Shown: positions 35,244 through 43,566 of the stretch, piece after piece
Layout of the letters: each line of letters opens with the position of its first letter
Position numbering within the stretch: position 1 is the first letter of the stretch
DNA from: Candidatus Undinarchaeota archaeon
GTDB taxonomy: Archaea > SpSt-1190 > JASMDC01
DNA length: 55,072 nt
Direction of reading: 5' to 3'
NCBI GenBank assembly: GCA_964519305.1
Contig: CAZFHY010000001.1
Coordinates: forward strand, 550,318-605,389
Notes under the pieces: generated by a model
Told to the model about the DNA's origin: nothing
Seen by the model: only the letters and a program-made list of their open reading frames with translations
Databases searched by the model: none
Position numbers and translations under genes: made by a program

Positions 35244-36227
35244 CTAGATAACAGGCTCGCTGGCGACCATGTACCAGATGATGGCGGCGTTGATGAGGGG
35301 GAATATCCCTCCGAAGATTATGTAGAACATGAAGGTGGGCATGTCGGCCATCCCGGAGCTCACGGCCACGACCATGAGCGCTCCGAGCATGGCAGGGAAC
35401 ACCGTCGAGGTAGTGATATAGAACGCCACCAGTCCCTTGAGCTTACCCGAGTACTCTCGCAGCTTGTTGATGAGCGTGTCGTCAGCGTTCTTGGAGAGGT
35501 TCCACAGGGGAGACTCGATGTTGGCACCCGACTCCACGGCGATGGCCAGCTGCTTGAGCGCTGTGGCCATGCCCTGGCTGTCCTGCTGGTCGCCCACGTT
35601 CTTCAGTGCATCGGCGAGCGACATCCCTCCGGCCCGCGACTGGCGCACGACGATCCCCACGGTCTTGGAGATGGGGCCGTAGTCACCCTCGGCAACGTTC
35701 ATGAGGCTCTCCTCGATCTTGACACGCATGCACTGCTCCAAAGCCAGTGCTCGCAGGAAGTCGGGAAGCTCGCGCTCGGTCTCCTCCATGCGCTGCTTCT
35801 GGACGCTCTTGGGGTAGCCCTTGACGAACTGGAGCGTGAAGATGGAGATGAACACCGCGATGGGCATGGCTATGGCCATGTCCGTGATCAGGACGCCCAA
35901 CCACTCCAGAGACGGGCCGAGCATGGCCGGGATGAGGTCGACACCGAACTCCCGCATGAAGCTCATCTGGTCGGTCGAGGGGATCGCCAGGAACACGCCG
36001 ACACCAACGAGAACGATACCTACCAGGAATCCTACGATGGCCGCTACGTTGTAGAAGTTTATGTACTCCTCGACGCTGATCCCCGTGAACCCGGCTTTAT
36101 CGAGGTCCTTGCGGATTAGGTCCCGGCTCATGGGATCCACGCTCCCCAGGGTTCCGCCCACACGGTCCTTGGCGCCCTTAGCATAGCGTTCGTAGGTCGA
36201 AAGGTTCGGGGTAAGGCGGGCACGCAT
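35244..36227 (-). CDS. Type II secretion F / TadC-like pilus assembly platform protein
   Basis: TM pair, ERELPDFLRALA, YGPIS, AVESGAN, LREYSGKL, two C-terminal TM helices; start at 36227 or 36299. Confidence 0.85.
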   Translation of the reverse strand: MRARLTPNLSTYERYAKGAKDRVGGTLGSVDPMSRDLIRKDLDKAGFTGISVEEYINFYNVAAIVGFLVGIVLVGVGVFLAIPSTDQMSFMREFGVDLIPAMLGPSLEWLGVLITDMAIAMPIAVFISIFTLQFVKGYPKSVQKQRMEETERELPDFLRALALEQCMRVKIEESLMNVAEGDYGPISKTVGIVVRQSRAGGMSLADALKNVGDQQDSQGMATALKQLAIAVESGANIESPLWNLSKNADDTLINKLREYSGKLKGLVAFYITTSTVFPAMLGALMVVAVSSGMADMPTFMFYIIFGGIFPLINAAIIWYMVASEPVI

Positions 36228-36259
36228 GGCCTGCTCGTCCCGCTCGTGAACGAGCGAGT

Positions 36260-36718
36260 CTACGCCGCCGGGCAATCCTCTCCCTCCGGCGTTATGCACT
36301 TGATCGTAAGGACATTCCCCGTGATACTGACATGGACCTCTTGGTCACCTTGAACATCGACACTGCTTCCCCCATTTACCAAGAACGGGAACTGGCGATG
36401 GAAAATATGGAACGCTGTACCCCCTCCGCGCGAATAATCAACGCGCAGGTCCGTGGAGTTGTTCTCGATATGGAGCACGACACTACGGGGCAGTCCAAGC
36501 TTAAATCTGTACTCGTTATCGTTCCCCCGGGAATAGGCAAGAGATACTCCAGCGTATATTTTCTCCCCGGCATGTCGTGCCGAGGACATGTTCATGGTGT
36601 TAGAGGCAACTGCGTACCGCGAGTAGCCCCAGCCGACGGTGAGCGAAAGAACGGAGAGCCCGGCCACGAAGATCAGCAGGGTCTCAAGGGCCTCCTGGCC
36701 GCGTCGGTGCCGGAGCAC
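36260..36718 (-). CDS. Type IV pilin-like protein (Q+1/E+5 class III signal peptide)
   Basis: GTG 36718: MLRHRRG|QEALETLLIFVAGLSVLSL. Confidence 0.8.
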   Translation of the reverse strand: MLRHRRGQEALETLLIFVAGLSVLSLTVGWGYSRYAVASNTMNMSSARHAGEKIYAGVSLAYSRGNDNEYRFKLGLPRSVVLHIENNSTDLRVDYSRGGGTAFHIFHRQFPFLVNGGSSVDVQGDQEVHVSITGNVLTIKCITPEGEDCPAA

Positions 36719-36767
36719 GGTCCCGGGATGGCGTGAAAAGCATAAATATGCTTGGGTGGGGTGCGCG

Positions 36768-37427
36768 TCACAGTTCGCTGCCGTCCAGCACAAGACGGGT
36801 CAGCTCTTCAAGCCCTCGCAACATGTGAGGCCCCGTATGCTCGCTCTCCCGGTCGATGAGATAGGCCTTTATACCAACGTACCGGGGCTGCTCGAGGTCC
36901 AACTTGGGATCATCGCCGATGTGGACCACCTGCTCAGGTCTGACCCCCAGCTCGTCCACGACCCGCTCCCATACACCCGCATCCTTCCAGACGTCCCCGA
37001 AGTCGCTGGGTACCGAGAAGATACGCTCGAATCGGTCCGAGAGAACGGGGGATGCGAGCTTGGCCGCATGGAACTCGCGACGAGCAAGGGTCACGAGCAC
37101 CAAGCGGAAGCCTGCATCCCTGAGAGCGTCCAGGCAAGGGGCAACGTCCGTGTACACACCGACACATCGCGCAAGCCGCTCGATGACCTCCTCCTGTGTT
37201 TCGGGAATGCTGAAGCGCTCGAGCCAGTAATCAAGTCGGAACCATCGAGGGTTCTCACGTCCGATCTCGTCGTACGCGGCCATCACCCGGCGTCGGGCCT
37301 CCCTGAGGGGGATACCCTTGAGCTCCGATACACGACGGGGGATGTAGGAGAACCATAGCTCGTCGTCGAACTTCTTGTCCACAAGTGTCCCGTCCAGGTC
37401 GAAGGATACCACCGTGATCGGGGCCAC
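36768..37427 (-). CDS. HAD-superfamily hydrolase
   Basis: FDLDGTL, LVT, K, HIGDD...DL motifs; GTG start at 37427. Confidence 0.9.
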   Translation of the reverse strand: MAPITVVSFDLDGTLVDKKFDDELWFSYIPRRVSELKGIPLREARRRVMAAYDEIGRENPRWFRLDYWLERFSIPETQEEVIERLARCVGVYTDVAPCLDALRDAGFRLVLVTLARREFHAAKLASPVLSDRFERIFSVPSDFGDVWKDAGVWERVVDELGVRPEQVVHIGDDPKLDLEQPRYVGIKAYLIDRESEHTGPHMLRGLEELTRLVLDGSEL

Positions 37428-37450
37428 GGCACCATCCCCCACCGCGAGGT

Positions 37451-37456
37451 TTATAA
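37451..37456. promoter_or_regulatory. Bidirectional TATA box (HAD / SAMP)
   Basis: Palindromic TTATAA equidistant (26.5 nt) from starts at 37427 and 37480. Confidence 0.65.
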
Positions 37457-37479
37457 CTGCTTCCACCCATGCCACCGCC

Positions 37480-37683
37480 ATGCAGGTCCTGGTGAGCGTC
37501 ATAGGACAGGAGCCGGAAAAGAAAGAGCTGCCGTCCGCGGCCACCGTAGGCGAGCTCCTGGCCGCCCGGGGCGTCAATCCTGTCACCGTGGTCGCTACAG
37601 TCGGTGGTCGTCTGGTCCCCGAGGACGCGGAGCTCACTGACGGGGACGAGGTCGTGCTCTACCCGGCCGTTTCGGGGGGATGA
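37480..37683 (+). CDS. Ubiquitin-like sulfur carrier (SAMP/ThiS/MoaD family)
   Basis: 67 aa; LTDGDEV...VSGG C-terminal diglycine. Confidence 0.9.
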   Translation: MQVLVSVIGQEPEKKELPSAATVGELLAARGVNPVTVVATVGGRLVPEDAELTDGDEVVLYPAVSGG

Positions 37684-38624
37684 GGACGACAGCCGATCCG
37701 TGCACCTGTGGCAGACCGTCTGCAGTGTACCTCGCCTATGGCAAGGAGCATCTTTGTGTCCGTTGCTTCGCAAGGCTCGTGGAGAAACGCGTGAGGACCA
37801 CCGTCCGCAAGCACAAGCTCATCCGCCACCACCAGCGCGTGGGTGTGTGCGTGTCCGGGGGTAAGGACTCGGCGACCGCTCTCCACCTCATGCACCGGCT
37901 CTATCGAAAGCGTAGCGACCTCGATCTCGTGGCAATCACGGTGGACGAGGGCATCACCGGCTACAGAGAGCACGGTATCACTGCGTGCCGTGAGAACTGC
38001 GCCCGTCTTGATATCCCCCACCACGTCTTCACGTTCCGTGATGCGTTCGGGATCACCATGGACGATATTGCAGGGATGGGCGACGAGCTCGGGCCGTGCA
38101 CATATTGCGGTGTGCTGCGGCGGCGTCTGCTCAACTCGGCCGCCCGCGAGCTGGGCGTGGACGTCTTGGTGCTCGGCCACAACGCTGATGACGAGGCACA
38201 GTCGGTGCTCATGAACCTCCTCAGGGGAGATGATCGGCGCATGATCTCCATGGGCCCGGTACCTCCAAGAACTGAGAATCCTGCATGGGTCCCGCGTGTG
38301 CGACCGCTGCGGGCCCTACTGGAGCGTGAGACCACTGCATATGCAGTGGCCAAGGAGCTTGCCATGGAGCTGGGGGAATGCCCCCATGTCCCCCGAGCGT
38401 TCCGTGTGACCGTCCGCGACATGCTAAAGGACCTTGAGCATCAATACCCCGGGAGTACCCATACGGTTGTCCGGACCTCTGACCGCCTAGTAGCACGACT
38501 GAGGGAGCACGACGACCGTCCTCCCGCCACAGCATGCTCTTCGTGCGGCGAACTCTCATCCGGTGATCCCTGCATGGTGTGCTCACTGCTCGAGCGTGTT
38601 CAGGTGAAACGCTCTACGGACTAG
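37680..38624 (+). CDS. tRNA 2-thiolation protein (TtuA/NcsA family)
   Basis: N- and C-terminal Zn fingers, SGGKDS PP-loop, CTYCGVLRR, GHNADD, ECP; overlaps the SAMP stop. Confidence 0.92.
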   Translation: MRTTADPCTCGRPSAVYLAYGKEHLCVRCFARLVEKRVRTTVRKHKLIRHHQRVGVCVSGGKDSATALHLMHRLYRKRSDLDLVAITVDEGITGYREHGITACRENCARLDIPHHVFTFRDAFGITMDDIAGMGDELGPCTYCGVLRRRLLNSAARELGVDVLVLGHNADDEAQSVLMNLLRGDDRRMISMGPVPPRTENPAWVPRVRPLRALLERETTAYAVAKELAMELGECPHVPRAFRVTVRDMLKDLEHQYPGSTHTVVRTSDRLVARLREHDDRPPATACSSCGELSSGDPCMVCSLLERVQVKRSTD

Positions 38625-38654
38625 GGATGGGATCACAGGCGCCCGACAGGGCGC

Positions 38655-39404
38655 TCAGTCCGTGTCGACCCGCGGCGCAAGGATGAAGGACAGGTTCACC
38701 TTATCGATCTGGGTGAAGTCCATCCGCATCGGGTAGTCATTGCCCAGGCTGACAGAGACGATCGGAGCGATCTTTGTACCGCTCACCATCTTCATCAAGT
38801 AGTCCAGAGAGTACCGTGACTTGGTAGCGTCCTTGGACTCCGCCTTGATAAGACCGTCGGACTCCTTCGCCAGCTGGAGGGCAGTGTTTCCGGTGTCGCC
38901 CTCGGCCTCCATGTGGAATCCTTCGGGTCCGATGGAGATTATCACGTTGTCGCTGAATATCTTGGCGTCCTCGATGCCGTCCTTGAGGATCTCTGCCCGC
39001 AGTTCCGCCGTGGCGGGGAAGTCGAGCTTGGGCACAGGGCGGTCCGCGTCGGTCGTGTCTAGCAGGGCTATTGCGAAGGTCCGGGTGGACTTGCCCTCGT
39101 AGGTGACCATGAGCTTCTCGTTCTCAAGCTTGAGCGTTAGGCCGTCGGAGGGCTTGGCACGCTTTAGCACCGTAGTGAGGTTCTCGATGTCCACGGTGAT
39201 GTTGGTATCCTGATCGACCTCGAACTTCTCGAAGGCAGGCGATAGGAGGTTGAAGATCACCATGGCCACGTTAGCAGGGTCCATGGCAGCGAGCTTGATG
39301 CCGTCCTTGGAGATGTTGAACGTGCACTGGTCCTTCACCAGGCTGGCGATTGTGGAGACGGTCTCCTTGAGGAGCCGTGTGTCCTGAATACGTGCTTCGA
39401 ACAT
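38655..39404 (-). CDS. pcn: DNA polymerase sliding clamp PCNA
   Basis: 249 aa; MDPANVAM, RYSLDYL, GNDYP, FILAPRV motifs. Confidence 0.96.
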   Translation of the reverse strand: MFEARIQDTRLLKETVSTIASLVKDQCTFNISKDGIKLAAMDPANVAMVIFNLLSPAFEKFEVDQDTNITVDIENLTTVLKRAKPSDGLTLKLENEKLMVTYEGKSTRTFAIALLDTTDADRPVPKLDFPATAELRAEILKDGIEDAKIFSDNVIISIGPEGFHMEAEGDTGNTALQLAKESDGLIKAESKDATKSRYSLDYLMKMVSGTKIAPIVSVSLGNDYPMRMDFTQIDKVNLSFILAPRVDTD

Positions 39405-39406
39405 GA

Positions 39407-39760
39407 TTATTCACCCTTCAACTTGACTTCAAGGTCCCTGACCCGCTTGAGCAGACCTACGTCAAGGTTATTAATCTTTTCAACGGCCTCGCCGCGGAGC
39501 TCGAAGCCCCCTTCCAGGGGCACCACGCGACCGATTAGCTTCACCATGTCGCCCTGAGTGATGCCATCCAGACGCTCAATTAGGTCGAGGTCATCGAAGA
39601 AGGCCGTTGCCGTGCCCGTGCCATCGTCCAGGGCGATGGTCGAGAGCTCCGAGTCCTTGCCGACCACCGTACCGATGATCCGTATACGCCGGTCCTCGGT
39701 TGTGATCGTCCCGATCTCCCGCTCAACACTGGGACGTCGTCGCAGTTCCTGGCCTTCCAT
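39407..39760 (-). CDS. Small OB-fold protein, RPA small-subunit-like
   Basis: RRRPSVER, IRIIGTV, LDDGTG, VKLIGR; immediately upstream of PCNA. Confidence 0.8.
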   Translation of the reverse strand: MEGQELRRRPSVEREIGTITTEDRRIRIIGTVVGKDSELSTIALDDGTGTATAFFDDLDLIERLDGITQGDMVKLIGRVVPLEGGFELRGEAVEKINNLDVGLLKRVRDLEVKLKGE

Positions 39761-39815
39761 CCCGTCGGGCGACAACCCCAAGAAATATAAATCTACGACC
39801 GGGCCTCGCAGGCCC

Positions 39816-40610
39816 GTGGACCTGCAGTTCCGGGCTCTCTCACGAACGAGACCACGCGATCCTGTCCTTGTAGAGGGCCTTCCCGGCATCGGGAACATAG
39901 GGCTCATCACCGTCGACTACCTCATCGACCATCTAAAGGCCCGACCCTTCGCCGAGCTGTACTCACGCCATTTCCCTCCGGTCGCCATCCTCGACGATGA
40001 CGACCAAGCGAGCCTCCCTTCTAACGAACTCTATATCCACCGCCGGAAAGGTGGCGATATCCTCTTCCTTCGAGGCGACACCCAGGCCATAACGGTAGAA
40101 GGTCAGAATGCAGTCGCACGTGGCATCATCGATACATGCCACACTCTAGGTGTCCGTCGGGTGGTGACGGTGGGAGGCTTCTACACGGATCCTGGCGAGA
40201 TGAAGGGCGGCCCGAAGATACTCGTTGCGACATCGTCCGCTGAGGTCCGTTCCGTTATAGCTGCTAGCGGGCTGGCTGGACGCGTGGAGTTCCAGTCCGA
40301 CCACGGGGGCGGCACCATCCTCGGCGCCAACGGATTGCTGCTTGGATTCGCCCACCTTCATGAGATCGAGGGACTATCTATTATGGTCCAAACACTCCAT
40401 AAGGACGAGTACGGGTTCGACCTGGACGCGAGCTGCTTGGCGATCGACGCCCTCTCCCGCCTCCTGGATTTCCCCTGCACTCCAAAGGACCTGGCCCGGG
40501 ACATGGCCGCTGTCTCAGACGAGATATCCGAGTCGGCACTGGGACCGCGTCACAGTATTCTCAATGCCCTTACCAAGGCACCCGAGGAGGACGACTTCTA
40601 TGTCAGATGA
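39816..40610 (+). CDS. PAC2 family proteasome assembly chaperone
   Basis: EGLPGIGNIG, HFPP, GDTQ, TVGG, GANGLLLG motifs; GTG 39816. Confidence 0.88.
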   Translation: MDLQFRALSRTRPRDPVLVEGLPGIGNIGLITVDYLIDHLKARPFAELYSRHFPPVAILDDDDQASLPSNELYIHRRKGGDILFLRGDTQAITVEGQNAVARGIIDTCHTLGVRRVVTVGGFYTDPGEMKGGPKILVATSSAEVRSVIAASGLAGRVEFQSDHGGGTILGANGLLLGFAHLHEIEGLSIMVQTLHKDEYGFDLDASCLAIDALSRLLDFPCTPKDLARDMAAVSDEISESALGPRHSILNALTKAPEEDDFYVR

Positions 40611-41319
40611 CACCTTGGACGATAGACCTTCGGTATCCATAGTCATCCCCTGCCACAACGAGGAGCGGAACGTGGAACGGGCAGTGACCGAGACCTTGGG
40701 ATCGCTGGGCGGCCTTGAACTAGAGGTCCTCGTGGAGGAGGACGGGAGCACTGACCGGACCGCCGAGATCGCACGGTCGCTCGCCGAGGGTGATCCCCGG
40801 ATCCGGGTGTTGTCCTTCCCGGAGGAGCGGTTGGGTAAGGGTGGTGGATTCGCCCGGGCCACGGGAGAAGCGACAAATGACATCATCGTGCTCATGGACG
40901 CTGACCTGGCCGTCCATCCCCGGGAAGTACTGCGGGCGTTGGAACGGATGCAGGAGGGCGTCTCCATGGTGATCGGCTCACGGGAGGTCGCCGGCTCAAA
41001 AAGGGTAGTGGACCAGAGCCCAGTCCGTCGCGTCGCTGGCAAGGTGTTCTCCCTCCTGGTGCGCACGATGTTCTGGCTCCCGTTCCACGACCTTCAGTGC
41101 GGGTTCAAGGTCATGCGCCGAGAGGTCATCGAGTCGGTCACCCTTACGCACCTTGGATGGGAGTTCGACACCGAGCTCATCTGGAAGGCCCGAAAGGCCG
41201 GATTCACAGTGGAGGAGATGGGGGTCCACTGGAGCGAGGGCGGGGACTCACGGTTGCGTCTATACCCTGATGCGTTCAATATGCTGTGGGGGCTCATCCT
41301 CCTCAGACTGGGGAGATGA
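40600..41319 (+). CDS. GT2 glycosyltransferase (polyprenol-phosphate sugar synthase-like)
   Basis: IPCHNEE, EDGSTDRT, GKGG, MDAD, IGSR, DLQCGFK, FDTE motifs. Confidence 0.92.
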   Translation: MSDDTLDDRPSVSIVIPCHNEERNVERAVTETLGSLGGLELEVLVEEDGSTDRTAEIARSLAEGDPRIRVLSFPEERLGKGGGFARATGEATNDIIVLMDADLAVHPREVLRALERMQEGVSMVIGSREVAGSKRVVDQSPVRRVAGKVFSLLVRTMFWLPFHDLQCGFKVMRREVIESVTLTHLGWEFDTELIWKARKAGFTVEEMGVHWSEGGDSRLRLYPDAFNMLWGLILLRLGR

Positions 41320-41322
41320 ACT

Positions 41323-41595
41323 ATGGGTCGCGACCGCGTTACCAAGGACGAACTGGAGACCTCGCTCACACGCATCGAGGCGGTGCTCTCGGGCATCCGG
41401 GTGCTTGACGATGAACGGGGACCGGGCTACCTCGAGAACGTGCGTGCGTATGTCAGCGACACGCGTTTCTTTATGGACAAGAAGGAGGACCTCGTGCTCG
41501 CTTTCGAGGCCGTGACATGGGCATGGGCGTGGGTGGAGATCGGATGCGATCTCGGTGTGCTCGCTTCCGACGAACCGCGTCTCCAGAAGTTTTAA
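41323..41595 (+). CDS. DUF357 domain protein
   Basis: AYVSDTRFF...DLVLAFEAVTWAWAW...G pattern. Confidence 0.8.
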   Translation: MGRDRVTKDELETSLTRIEAVLSGIRVLDDERGPGYLENVRAYVSDTRFFMDKKEDLVLAFEAVTWAWAWVEIGCDLGVLASDEPRLQKF

Positions 41596-41620
41596 GAGTC
41601 CTGCGGTCGGGTCTATTGCC

Positions 41621-42262
41621 ATGGACGATGAGCGTCAGGAGATAGCCCGCGGAGCAGAAGCGGTCCTCTACCGGTCCGCCCGGGAGGATGGAGACGTGCT
41701 GATCAAGGAGCGTGTCCCCAAGGGCTACAGGCATAAAATCCTGGACGATCGCTTGCGCCGACAGCGTACGAAGCGCGAGGCGAAGCTCTTGGAGAAGGCC
41801 CGCACTGTGGGCGTCACATGTCCCAAGGTGCTCGCTGTGGACAAACGGGCCCAGGCCATCGTCATGGAGTTCATCGACGGGCCCCCTCTGCGTCAAGTAG
41901 CGAACGAGGTAAGTCCTGAGGAACGGATCCGGATCTTCAAGGAGCTCGGCAGGATGGTCGGCTCTCTCCACGGCAAGGACATGATGCATGGTGACCTCAC
42001 AACCTCCAACGTAATCGTCAAGGACGGCAAGCTCTTCCTGATCGACTTCGGGCTCGGGTTCCACTCTACAAACGTCGAGGACAAGGCCGTGGACCTCCAC
42101 CTGCTGGAGCGGGCCATCGACGCGACGCACTTCGCCTTCGCCGATGAGGCCTTCAATGCTGTGAAGGAGGGGTACGTTGAGACGCTACCGGACGCTGAAC
42201 TGGTGTTCCGCCGTATCGAACAGATCGAGGGGCGTCGAAGGTACACCTCAAAGAAATCCTGA
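41621..42262 (+). CDS. bud32: KEOPS complex kinase/ATPase Bud32
   Basis: RGAEA, KERVPKGYRH, HGDLTTSN, IDFGL, EDKAVDL, C-terminal RRRY. Confidence 0.93.
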   Translation: MDDERQEIARGAEAVLYRSAREDGDVLIKERVPKGYRHKILDDRLRRQRTKREAKLLEKARTVGVTCPKVLAVDKRAQAIVMEFIDGPPLRQVANEVSPEERIRIFKELGRMVGSLHGKDMMHGDLTTSNVIVKDGKLFLIDFGLGFHSTNVEDKAVDLHLLERAIDATHFAFADEAFNAVKEGYVETLPDAELVFRRIEQIEGRRRYTSKKS

Positions 42263-42308
42263 GCCGGGACCACTCCATTTATTAAGGTTGACCGACCCCC
42301 CCGACTTA

Positions 42309-43244
42309 ATGGCACGCAAGGGAGCGGGCACCGGGAAGAAGAAGAAAGAAGGGAAGAAAGCTCCAGCCCCCATGGGGATCCATGAAGGCGCTGAGCAGGG
42401 GACCGCTACGATCCCCCAGGCCCTCGGCGAACGGGAGATGCGGCTCATCTATGACTTCACTGCCAAGATGGTCCAGCAGTTCCGCCTCTTCATCAAGACC
42501 GTGGCAGTTTTCGGCAGCTTTGCTCGCGGTGACATTGGTGGAAAAGGGGACATCGACATCCTCATCCTTGTGGACGATGGTGCCCTCGAGCTGCGTGGCG
42601 AGGTTAAGAAGCTCTACAATCAGGAGATGCAGCGCATCATCCGCTCTGAGCACTCACCGCTCAAGTTCCACGTTAACACCGTCCCCCTCTCCGAGTTCTG
42701 GGATGGCGTCCGCATCGCTGACCCCATTCTCCTCAATATCGTACGGGAAGGTCTGCCCATCTTCGACAGAGGGTTCTTCGTCCCTGTCAAGAAGCTCATG
42801 GAACAGGGTAAGATCCGCCCGACCACTGAATCGATGTTCCTTTGCCTGGACAACGCGGACATGCATCTGGTCCGTCATCAGGACTTCCTGCTCAAGTCGG
42901 CGAACGAGCTCTACTGGGCGGCGATCGATTCCGTCCACGCTGCGCTTATGAGCGTACGCGTCGTTCCGCCCGATCCAAAGGACGCGGCCCGGATGCTGCG
43001 CGAGCACCTGGTGGAGCCCGGTCACGTCGATGAGCGCTACGCGGTCATCATGGACGAGATCTATCGCGTCATGAAGATGATCGACCACGGGGAGCTCAAA
43101 CACATCTCCGGAGAGGACGTGGACAGCTATGCCTCATCGGTGAACGACCTCACCTCCCATCTCAAGAAGTTCGTGCGTGATAGGGAAGCTGCGACCCTGA
43201 AGAAAATCGAAAGGCTTAAATCGAAGGACGGGGGCAGAGTATAG
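42309..43244 (+). CDS. Nucleotidyltransferase domain fused to HEPN-like helical domain
   Basis: VFGSFARG...DIDILILVDD; C-terminal LYWAAIDSVHAAL...P..P..A...L HEPN-like pattern. Confidence 0.82.
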   Translation: MARKGAGTGKKKKEGKKAPAPMGIHEGAEQGTATIPQALGEREMRLIYDFTAKMVQQFRLFIKTVAVFGSFARGDIGGKGDIDILILVDDGALELRGEVKKLYNQEMQRIIRSEHSPLKFHVNTVPLSEFWDGVRIADPILLNIVREGLPIFDRGFFVPVKKLMEQGKIRPTTESMFLCLDNADMHLVRHQDFLLKSANELYWAAIDSVHAALMSVRVVPPDPKDAARMLREHLVEPGHVDERYAVIMDEIYRVMKMIDHGELKHISGEDVDSYASSVNDLTSHLKKFVRDREAATLKKIERLKSKDGGRV

Positions 43245-43245
43245 T

Positions 43246-43338
43246 ATGGGCATTCAGGGCATCGCCACTTTTTTTGGCTTCATCATCCTGTTCTATGGCC
43301 TAGTCTCCCGACTCGCGGAGCCTCAGACATATCCGTAG
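43246..43338 (+). CDS. 30-aa single-TM microprotein (not in the ORF track)
   Basis: MGIQGIATFFGFIILFYGLVSRLAEPQTYP; CTTAAA box about 26 nt upstream. Confidence 0.45.
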   Translation: MGIQGIATFFGFIILFYGLVSRLAEPQTYP

Positions 43339-43368
43339 GTTCCGACCGTTGACGGGGTGAGCTAGAAC

Positions 43369-43566
43369 ATGGACCTCTCTAAACCGTACTCGAAGCTCGC
43401 TCTTTTGTACATCCTCGCCCTCACAATCCTCTTCTGGCTCGGATTCCCCATGAGCATCCTTGCCATCCTCGTGATCGTGTGGATCGTGTACTCCATCGAG
43501 TTAATGGAGAGCCTTGAGAAGGAAGGGAAGAAGAGCAAGGTGAAGCAGGGGCTCGACGAGGACTAG
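43369..43566 (+). CDS. Small membrane protein (65 aa)
   Basis: SD GGGGTGA; hydrophobic hairpin followed by a charged tail. Confidence 0.7.
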   Translation: MDLSKPYSKLALLYILALTILFWLGFPMSILAILVIVWIVYSIELMESLEKEGKKSKVKQGLDED

